From an uncultured virus (IMG/VR IMGVR_UViG_3300048503_000010) (lineage: Duplodnaviria; Heunggongvirae; Uroviricota; Caudoviricetes), in IMG/VR virus record IMGVR_UViG_3300048503_000010, positions 62,001-90,016 of that record: DNA of 28,016 nt; one strand, written 5' to 3'. Under the pieces are notes generated by a model. The model made no database searches. It had not been told where the DNA came from and saw only the letters and a program-made list of their open reading frames with translations. Shown piece by piece: positions 13,906-21,891 of this stretch. The translations under genes and the position numbers were made by a program. The stretch's first letter is position 1, and the number at the start of each line of letters is the position of its first letter.

Positions 13906-16900
13906 TATTTTCCTCCTAATGAGTTAGCAGCATCTGCATAGACACTCTTGTTTGGTGTAGTGTTAGTAAACCCACCACCACCAAAAGTTTTTCCAATAGT
14001 GCCAACAACAGCCGGAGCCAACGTGCTTTTCAGGGTTGGGTTATTAAGAGCCTTGAGCGCCCCCCACATCTTAGGACTGTTAGCAACATCTTCCAAGATT
14101 TTCTTGACAACTGGTGCTCTCTCGCCCGCCATGGTTGCCATCACTCCAGCAAATGTATACGCCAAAGTGTGACCAAGCCAATAGGAACCAACCGCATGAC
14201 CTGCCATACCACCAGCTACTGCAAGAGACGGAGCCAGTATACCATACTTAACTGCATTCTTAACGGAATCCACATTTTGAAGACCGGCCATTAACTTATT
14301 GTAATTTGCGACTGCTTCCGGTGTAGGTCTAAAAAATGCATCCTTTACTTCTGGGGAATCTTTCAAAGACTTAGCAAAATCTAATAGCTTTGTTGTATCT
14401 ACCTTATCGCCAATTTCTCCAGTCGCAGTAGTTGCGGCTTCTCTCAACTGATTAGCCATAATCATTTTCCCAAGATCAGCCATATTTTCTGGACCAACAA
14501 CTTGGGCAAGATTCTTCACACGCTCTGGGTCTTTTAGTAATGAGGTAATATCCCCGTTGCCCAGTATCTGAGAAATAGATTTATCAATGTCCTTCAATGC
14601 TGCTGTAGCATTTGGAATTGTCCCAAGAGCATTAACATTCTGCACCTGAGAAATTGCATCCTGAAGCACCCCTGCCCTTATAGATTTACCAAACATCTCC
14701 TTGCGAACCTCAGAAGGAATTCTATTCCAGTTTGAAAATAACTTCTGGAAACTAAGTTCCCCTGTCTTTGGGTCAACAGAATCTGCTACAGTTCTCTGTA
14801 ATGAATCATCAGAAAATTTTCCAAAAGATTCTTCGCCAATTGCTTTTCTAAATGCCTGGATGTCCTTGATGCTTGTTTCCCCGCCCATAAAACGCTTGGC
14901 AATATTATTGCTATTACCTTGTAAAGCAGCCTTAACATCTGCGTTCTGATAAGGTTGAATACCGTTTCTGTAATCCGTATTCATCTTGGTGACTTGATTA
15001 ACCAAGTCTGGTTTACCAGATTTCTCAGCTAATTGTTGAAGAGTGTCATGTATACCATCCTTCAATTCGAAATAGATGTCACGATCTGCGTTTTGCTCAT
15101 CTGTCATCCACCCGGTATTACGAATCAACTTATTTATTTTTTTCTCATAAAAAAGAAGATGATCGGCAGTTAGCTGTGTCGGTTCTCCCTTATCATTTAT
15201 ACCCAGTGTTCCTTCGGTATCTGAAAGTGCATCGACTAACGCATTGGCCTTTGCTGAGCCGGGACGAGTAACTGAAAAAGCCTGATCCAGAGGAGCAGCG
15301 GAATCTTGACCACCTTGCGCAATCGTCTGAGCCGCTTTCTGCAAAGGGCTTCCTGCAAAATCAACAGTAGTCCCGCTTGCTGCCTTTTTAATAGCACCGG
15401 CCTGTGCTTGATAATTTGTCCCTAAAGCATCATGTGCATCTTTAGCATACTTCTGCGCTGATTGAGTTATCTCGGATGCGGTCGGTGCATTTCGTGCAAG
15501 GTCATTCCCAATCTCTCCTGCTTGTGAAATAGTATCGTTTCCCTGATTTAACGCCTCTTGCGCTGCCTCTCGTTGAGGGGCAAACGCGTCATTTACCTTA
15601 GAGGCTAATTCAGAGTTAACGTTAGCACGAGTAGGAACAACAGGAGACTTACTTCTAGGGGGAGAGGTCTTTCCCTCTGCGAATTGGAGATTCTTAGTTA
15701 ATTCAAGACTGTCGGGGTCTGTTTCAAAGGCGTGACGAATTTTCACCCACTCCGGGTGTTTGGCTTCTAATTCAGCAATTCTTGCCGAAATGTTTTCCTG
15801 ACCAGCAGCCCGGTCATTCCAGCTACCATACATTTTCTCGGTTCCGGTTTGCTCTAAAACTTTTCCTGCACCGGTTTCCTCAGCAGCCTGTTTCACTGCG
15901 TCACGAAGTTGCCCCCCAGTACTAGATACTACAACATCATATCCGCTCGGAGTAGGAATTAAGGTTCTATTTTCAATCCCGTTCTTGTCCAACACTTCGG
16001 CAATAGAGGCAGGTCCAGCTTCGGAAGAAGGAACATGAAATCTAAACAGAGAATCGTCTCCTTCTCCGGGATGGAAGGACATAACAGCTTTCTGTCTAGT
16101 TACTCTCCCCATCAAAGCGGTATGATAATCTACTGCATCGGGGTCAGTACTCGGATCAAACCTACTTGTCGTAGAATTTTCCGCTCCATCTTTCCAATTT
16201 CCCAGAGAGTCTTTCGTTTCAGCATCCAACCCCAACATCCCAGACAAGCGTTGAGACAAGTTTTTTGTAAGACCTTGCTCTTTGGAAGAAAGCTGTTTTT
16301 GAGCGTCTCCTATTCCTCCTAAATTTTCGTAAACATTTGGGCTGACAAAAGAGTATGCCGTTTTCTCGTCCCTATACGCAGGACTGACATTAACAGGGGC
16401 AAAAGACTTTACAACCCCTTGACTACGATAGCCGTCAAAACCATTTTGTTTAATCAACTCTTCAACATTTTGTCCAAAAGGCTTTCCGTTTTTCTGAGTA
16501 AGTTCCTGCGCCTGTGTTTGAATGTTGAGAGGATCGGCATCTCGATCATACATCTTATTGTAGTCGATCTGGCCGGAATACTTATATGGTCTTGCTTGTA
16601 TCTGAGGTTCCTTTACTCCGGGTTCATAGAACTGTGTTCCCGGAACTACAGGACGTTTTGTTTCTGCGCCATTACCAATTTGCGTAGCGTTAGGATCAGT
16701 AACCTTCATACCCTTCTTATAGCTCCAGTGTTCAACTGGACGCATATCAGTTCCTGCCTCTCCCGCTCCAGTCCCTTCACCGACCTTGGATAACAAATCA
16801 TCTATAGTATTAGCTGCCTGTCCACCTTTTCCAATAACAGAACTAATAGCTGACATCGGAGCATCGAGCAATCCACCCGTTATTGCCATGTTCTTTGCAG

Positions 16901-17789
16901 AACTCCAAGCAGCCGCTTGATCTCCGGGGTTGTGCAATTCAGATTGTACACCCTGCACTGCTCCTGCTTCAGTTCCATGCAGTGCGGCAAGACTGGTAAT
17001 CCTCGCACCAACTCGCAGTGCGTTTGCAAGACGTGGAGAGCCTTGAATAGTCTTCATGGCTTTTGCAGCACGCTCAAGACGTACCGCATAAGGCAAAGCT
17101 TGAAGAGCTTCATCACCAAGAATGAACTCACCGATATTGGAAATACCTTGACCTAACAATTCTGGACCAGATGCTTGTTCATTATCTCCAGCAACCTCAT
17201 GCAACCATGCACGTGCAAAATCAGGCAATGTTGGGAGAACAGGTTGCAATGCTGCGTGTAACTCCGCACGTTTCACAGGGTCTTTAATACCTAAAGTATC
17301 AGCGGCCTTCTCACCCAAGTTGTATGATATATCATCAAGCGTGGCAATTGATTTTAAAGGAGTCTCACCCATTCCTGAAACAGTCTCAGCAGCACCTAGC
17401 CCAATTCCCTCGGCATTCCCAGACACACCACCTTTGGCAAAAGCAGCGTTGCGCTCTTGGGAAAGTTCACTGGCTGGTTTGGGTTTCTCTGCCTGTTTGT
17501 AAGCTGGATTAGATACAAACTCACTGTCCTCTGGATTTGGTTTATAGCTAGGATTAGCTGCAAATGTATTGTCATCTACCGAGGGACCAGTCTGCATCTC
17601 ATTGGCAGGGGTAGTCACATCAGATACATTGCCTTCATTTGGAGGGTTAGAAACACCTTCCAAAGAAGAGGAGGGAGTTTGTGCTTCTCCCCCCGGCATA
17701 ACAGAACCAGTATGTACCGTATCTATTCCACCGGGATTTCCTGTTACGGTATATCCCGGACCTTTTTCGACCACTTGTTGACCAGCCAT
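13905..17789 (-). CDS. Large internal virion (ejection) protein, polyvalent-type, with an internal enzyme-like cassette
   Basis: 1294 aa, Ala/Gly helical segments, last of three ejection-like genes; internal ART-like and SAM-lyase-like motifs. Confidence 0.7.
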   Translation of the reverse strand: MAGQQVVEKGPGYTVTGNPGGIDTVHTGSVMPGGEAQTPSSSLEGVSNPPNEGNVSDVTTPANEMQTGPSVDDNTFAANPSYKPNPEDSEFVSNPAYKQAEKPKPASELSQERNAAFAKGGVSGNAEGIGLGAAETVSGMGETPLKSIATLDDISYNLGEKAADTLGIKDPVKRAELHAALQPVLPTLPDFARAWLHEVAGDNEQASGPELLGQGISNIGEFILGDEALQALPYAVRLERAAKAMKTIQGSPRLANALRVGARITSLAALHGTEAGAVQGVQSELHNPGDQAAAWSSAKNMAITGGLLDAPMSAISSVIGKGGQAANTIDDLLSKVGEGTGAGEAGTDMRPVEHWSYKKGMKVTDPNATQIGNGAETKRPVVPGTQFYEPGVKEPQIQARPYKYSGQIDYNKMYDRDADPLNIQTQAQELTQKNGKPFGQNVEELIKQNGFDGYRSQGVVKSFAPVNVSPAYRDEKTAYSFVSPNVYENLGGIGDAQKQLSSKEQGLTKNLSQRLSGMLGLDAETKDSLGNWKDGAENSTTSRFDPSTDPDAVDYHTALMGRVTRQKAVMSFHPGEGDDSLFRFHVPSSEAGPASIAEVLDKNGIENRTLIPTPSGYDVVVSSTGGQLRDAVKQAAEETGAGKVLEQTGTEKMYGSWNDRAAGQENISARIAELEAKHPEWVKIRHAFETDPDSLELTKNLQFAEGKTSPPRSKSPVVPTRANVNSELASKVNDAFAPQREAAQEALNQGNDTISQAGEIGNDLARNAPTASEITQSAQKYAKDAHDALGTNYQAQAGAIKKAASGTTVDFAGSPLQKAAQTIAQGGQDSAAPLDQAFSVTRPGSAKANALVDALSDTEGTLGINDKGEPTQLTADHLLFYEKKINKLIRNTGWMTDEQNADRDIYFELKDGIHDTLQQLAEKSGKPDLVNQVTKMNTDYRNGIQPYQNADVKAALQGNSNNIAKRFMGGETSIKDIQAFRKAIGEESFGKFSDDSLQRTVADSVDPKTGELSFQKLFSNWNRIPSEVRKEMFGKSIRAGVLQDAISQVQNVNALGTIPNATAALKDIDKSISQILGNGDITSLLKDPERVKNLAQVVGPENMADLGKMIMANQLREAATTATGEIGDKVDTTKLLDFAKSLKDSPEVKDAFFRPTPEAVANYNKLMAGLQNVDSVKNAVKYGILAPSLAVAGGMAGHAVGSYWLGHTLAYTFAGVMATMAGERAPVVKKILEDVANSPKMWGALKALNNPTLKSTLAPAVVGTIGKTFGGGGFTNTTPNKSVYADAANSLGGK

Positions 17790-17798
17790 TTAATCTCC

Positions 17799-20654
17799 TT
17801 ACTGCGTCGGTTGACCCGTTGCGATAATATACTTATGACCCGAACCATCCATGCCAATTTTACCGGACTTGCTTATCTGTGCATATTGAGAAGTATCATT
17901 GGGTTTAAATTGTTGTTGTTGCCCGGCCCCGCTTTTCTCCCACGGCGTGTCTAACCCATAGTTTTTAAAAATTTTAGTTGCTCCACTGGGAACATTGATT
18001 AAATGCGTCTGAGTAATATCATAAGTATTTTCATCAATTGCGCTAATTCTTCCATACATCAGTTTAGTTACAGCCTCGATAGCCCCTTCTTTCTGTGCTA
18101 AAGTAAGAGCACCCTTAAAGTTATCTTCATTCTTCTTTACCTGATCTTCATATGGAACCGCCCCGCCTGCACTTACCTTGCTGGCCTCTTGAATTGCAAT
18201 TGGAAGAATTGCATTATAAATTACAACCGGAGATGCGCCGGTCTGGAAATGATAAGTATTTATTAGGGAGTTTAGATAGGGCATTGTAGTTAAATCGCCA
18301 TTCATTGCTCTAGCTGCCTGCTCTAAATTAGTTAAATGCTGCGCAGCCACTCCAGCATTCTGAATAGCCATGCCATTCTTAGAGTTTCCAGATGCATTCT
18401 CAGCAAGTACTTTCTGAGCCGGTATATAATTCTTTTGGTCATATCCAGGATTAATAAACTCATTGATGTATGACGCACCCGTTTGAGCATCCATTTCATT
18501 GGGAGAAAATTTCTGCGCTGTTCTCACTGGAAGAATGGTGCTTATTGGTGCTTTAAGGTGTCCTACTAACCACAGGGCATCAAAGTTAAACGGAATCTTG
18601 ACTCCCTGCTTAATCAGTGCAGCTTTGGCATCAACGGAATTCATATCAAAAACTTTAGGATCAAATTTGAAATTATCAGGAGGAACTAAAAATGCCTGCT
18701 GAGCAGATGATATTTTTGCATCACTCGCTGCTTTAAAGTTAGCTTTCTCTTCTGCTGCTTTCACTCCTACATCAGATTTTTCCTGCAAACGCTGCGCAGT
18801 AAGCGCATCGTCGTGATCACGAATAAAATCAGGATTTCCTTGATTCATAAATGCGGCAATATTATTAGCCGCTGAGTCATTTCCTGTAGAATGAAGATGA
18901 GCAAGTGCGTCACCAATCATATCAGCTTTGTCGGATGTAAGCCCGTTCATAGCTCCCATAAAAGCTTCCATATCTGAACCTGTAGTAGGGTTCTTGGCAT
19001 TCCATTGTTCTAACGACAATCTATTAGCCGGGGCCGCATTAGGAACAGCATTTGGGTTAGGTGATGGTTTCTCTCCCAAACCAACCATACTCGACACACT
19101 ATTAACATAATTCTGTGTATTTTCCGCAGAGTGTTGGGCGGTATCTTGTATTTCTCCATTGGGGCCAATCGCAGAAGGACCACTATAATAAGCTGCAAAA
19201 GCTTTTTTAGGATCATCCTTATAGGTCTTCAATAATTGAGAAAGGTATGCCGTACCAGCATTCACATTCTGCTCTGGATCAAATGGATTTTTAGGATACA
19301 AGTTTCCCATAGATGGGGTAAGCTGCATCAGACCTTTGGCTCCTGTAGGACTTACAGCATTCGGATTACCGTGGCTCTCTTGTGTAATCAAAGCCTTTAC
19401 ATATTCGGGACGAACTCCATTAGTCGTAGCCGCTGTTTCAGCTAATGAGGAAATTTTTGGGTCTTTAATTTCAGGAGACTTCGTAGGAGTTACCGAACTT
19501 CCTTGAGGATTCTGTCCCGCTGCATCTCCCTCTTTAAACATACTAGCAACTTTAGCATTACCAACATTCCAGCTAGCAAGCTTTGACTTAATATTTAAGA
19601 AATTAGCTAACTCGATTGGAGATGTCATCACTGAGTCGTTTCCTGCCCATGACAATCCCATTTCTTTTGCTGTAGCCATGTCGTCTTTTGTGAACAAATT
19701 AGTAAGTTTTAGTCCGGGTTTCACAATGTAGTAATCAACATCCCATTGTGGTACACCTTGGGCATTCTTCACCTGTTTACCGTCTGACCCCAAACGTGCA
19801 ACACGCATAAATGGAATTGCATTATCCGCCGTTACATTGTACTTTGCAAAATCACTATACTTAACCGGACCTTCGATGAAGTTAGGAGCCTTCTCTTTAA
19901 GCAAGTTCAAGGTTGGAGTATACTGACCAATATACTTATCGGTTGATTCTTCCTCCATATTCCCCACAGTACGAGCCATAGAGTACATTCTAAGGTTTGT
20001 CTCAGTCACTTGTGCTTTATTTGCAAAATCTTCCTGTGCCTGTTTTTGTGCTGCTTGATCCTGTTGCTGTCTCTGACCTGCAATTTCCTCACCTTTTTGA
20101 AGACCGGCTGCTCCAGCGTTACCTAAGAAATTCGGACCCGGCTTTGCTCCCAATCCTGCAAATGCTCCTGATAACATTTCCATAGCAATAGCAAGACCTA
20201 AATGCTTCCCACTAACGGGAACCTCAGTTTTTATCGTCTTTCCAGAGTCATCAACCGTATAGGAATAGCGGGGACCACCAGTAAAAATTTGTGCTATTTT
20301 TGTAACCCTTGACGCCGTCTTTTTGGACGCTTCTAGAGAAGGATCAGGAGTAGCGGGATTTACCGGAGCATTAGGAGTCACAGATGTAGCGTTTTTAGAC
20401 GCAGGAGAGGGTTTGCCGTCTTGTGCTGGCTGTGCCTGTTGCCCCGGCTGCGTCGCCTGCGTTGGCTGCGCTGGCTGTGTCGCTTGCGCTGCTTGAGTTG
20501 GCTGTGCAGCTTGCACCGGTTGCGCTGGAGCAGTTGCTACAGATGTGTTACCAACATCTCCCGCCGTGCCATCGGGAGGAGGAGTTGACACTCCCTGATA
20601 TGGGCTAGACGCTGAATCTTGAGTATCTACTACTGCTGAACTTGGAGTTGGCAT
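17799..20654 (-). CDS. Internal virion (ejection) protein with a lytic transglycosylase (SLT) domain
   Basis: ITQESHGNPNAVSPTGAKGLMQL...DPEQNVNAGTAYL...AFAAYYSG at about 19080-19440; AQP/TQ-rich N-terminus. Confidence 0.88.
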   Translation of the reverse strand: MPTPSSAVVDTQDSASSPYQGVSTPPPDGTAGDVGNTSVATAPAQPVQAAQPTQAAQATQPAQPTQATQPGQQAQPAQDGKPSPASKNATSVTPNAPVNPATPDPSLEASKKTASRVTKIAQIFTGGPRYSYTVDDSGKTIKTEVPVSGKHLGLAIAMEMLSGAFAGLGAKPGPNFLGNAGAAGLQKGEEIAGQRQQQDQAAQKQAQEDFANKAQVTETNLRMYSMARTVGNMEEESTDKYIGQYTPTLNLLKEKAPNFIEGPVKYSDFAKYNVTADNAIPFMRVARLGSDGKQVKNAQGVPQWDVDYYIVKPGLKLTNLFTKDDMATAKEMGLSWAGNDSVMTSPIELANFLNIKSKLASWNVGNAKVASMFKEGDAAGQNPQGSSVTPTKSPEIKDPKISSLAETAATTNGVRPEYVKALITQESHGNPNAVSPTGAKGLMQLTPSMGNLYPKNPFDPEQNVNAGTAYLSQLLKTYKDDPKKAFAAYYSGPSAIGPNGEIQDTAQHSAENTQNYVNSVSSMVGLGEKPSPNPNAVPNAAPANRLSLEQWNAKNPTTGSDMEAFMGAMNGLTSDKADMIGDALAHLHSTGNDSAANNIAAFMNQGNPDFIRDHDDALTAQRLQEKSDVGVKAAEEKANFKAASDAKISSAQQAFLVPPDNFKFDPKVFDMNSVDAKAALIKQGVKIPFNFDALWLVGHLKAPISTILPVRTAQKFSPNEMDAQTGASYINEFINPGYDQKNYIPAQKVLAENASGNSKNGMAIQNAGVAAQHLTNLEQAARAMNGDLTTMPYLNSLINTYHFQTGASPVVIYNAILPIAIQEASKVSAGGAVPYEDQVKKNEDNFKGALTLAQKEGAIEAVTKLMYGRISAIDENTYDITQTHLINVPSGATKIFKNYGLDTPWEKSGAGQQQQFKPNDTSQYAQISKSGKIGMDGSGHKYIIATGQPTQ

Positions 20655-20703
20655 ATTTATTTTCCTTAATGTCCCTAATATATTACTAACAACTTACATC
20701 TTT

Positions 20704-21402
20704 TTACATCTTTGCGGCTGCACCGGCTGCTGAACCGAGAGCACCTGTTACTGCTCCTACCCAACTGCTATTCTCCGAAGAAATTTGATTAGCCATGCTA
20801 CCTGCCGCTTCACCCGCCCCGGTTGCTTCTCCTGCCGCCCCACTCGCCGGTGTAAATACTCCCGGAAGTGCCTCTTCCCCACCAACAGCTGACGTATAGT
20901 TCTTATTACCTTGTGCATAGTTCGCTTGGGTGATCTGACTTAGTTCCGAGGATGTCTGGTTAGCTGCACTAGATGCAAGGTTAACATCGGCTCCAATAGT
21001 CGCCCCATTTGGCAACGATGTGTTTCCTCCCCCAATAGCTGCTTCCTCATTGCCTACAGCTGCTTTAGCATTTTTATAGCCCTGCGCCGTTTGTGTGATA
21101 GCCTGAGAATTCAAATTGGCATTCAAGGTCGGAGAAAATCCTTGCTGATCTGGACCAGCTTGAACAATTGGGGCAAATGTCTTCATTAGACTACTAAAAA
21201 CAGTAGAAGAATTACCAAACACGGTGCTTGCCTGCGACTGCAACTGGCTCATAAAACCAATCTGTGAATTTTGTATGCCAGTCTGTGCTGCCGTCGCCCC
21301 ACACATCTTCTCTACCGGACCAAAATAATCAAACCACTCGCTATTCATAAGAACGTATTCTGTACCGACTAGCGAGTATTCCAACTTTCTGTATATTTTC
21401 AT
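20704..21402 (-). CDS. Small Ala/Gly/Gln-rich ejection (pilot-like) protein
   Basis: Composition, position, N-terminal KIY...FDYxGPVxxxCG motif, hydrophobic Gly/Ala C-terminus. Confidence 0.7.
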   Translation of the reverse strand: MKIYRKLEYSLVGTEYVLMNSEWFDYFGPVEKMCGATAAQTGIQNSQIGFMSQLQSQASTVFGNSSTVFSSLMKTFAPIVQAGPDQQGFSPTLNANLNSQAITQTAQGYKNAKAAVGNEEAAIGGGNTSLPNGATIGADVNLASSAANQTSSELSQITQANYAQGNKNYTSAVGGEEALPGVFTPASGAAGEATGAGEAAGSMANQISSENSSWVGAVTGALGSAAGAAAKM

Positions 21403-21430
21403 TATAGCACACCCTCTGACACTTTGTCAA
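21401..21430 (-). promoter_or_regulatory. Consensus sigma70 promoter spanning the gene junction
   Basis: TTGACA(21430-21425)-18 nt-TATAAT(21406-21401) with extended -10 TG. Confidence 0.6.
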
Positions 21431-21866
21431 CTTCTCGAACTGCATCTTCCTGTAAATACTTTACCAAGAACTGCTCATCAAAAACTTCGAAGCCGAGCCG
21501 CTTAATACAGAATTTTCTGAGAAGTGGGACTATGCTCTCAAAAAGAAAACCCCTGAAGCCGTTCTCTTTAGCTCGTGCCTCTAGAATAGGAAACCCTTCA
21601 AGCATTACCCTCATGTTTCGTTTAGCATCTCGGTTATTCAAGAACTGGATGTCAAGGCGCACCATGTACCAACTAGTGTCTTCAGTGTTAAACAATGGAT
21701 GGCCCCTCACAAATAGAACAGGACCAGCTTCATCTGAGAATACAGAACACACTGTGTTGGCTTCAATAAAAAAATCCAACGGAGTATTCCTATGATATTC
21801 GTCTGCCGCCAAGCTTTCTTTCAAAAGAGGATAATCATCAGGATTAATAAACCGACTCGTAATCAT
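21402..21866 (-). CDS. GNAT-fold-like protein upstream of the ejection genes
   Basis: Size, position and the EARAKENGFRG...KFCIKRLGFE pattern are typical of podoviral GNAT-like assembly proteins. Confidence 0.55.
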   Translation of the reverse strand: MITSRFINPDDYPLLKESLAADEYHRNTPLDFFIEANTVCSVFSDEAGPVLFVRGHPLFNTEDTSWYMVRLDIQFLNNRDAKRNMRVMLEGFPILEARAKENGFRGFLFESIVPLLRKFCIKRLGFEVFDEQFLVKYLQEDAVREVDKVSEGVL

Positions 21867-21891
21867 AAATTCCTTAACTTCTTGAAAAAAC

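Noticed and set aside
13948..20608. Numerous + strand ORFs opposite the ejection genes (also 23150-23644, 21424-21795, 5759-6148, 764-1204)
   Set aside because: These are antisense shadows with no SD or recognisable motifs.
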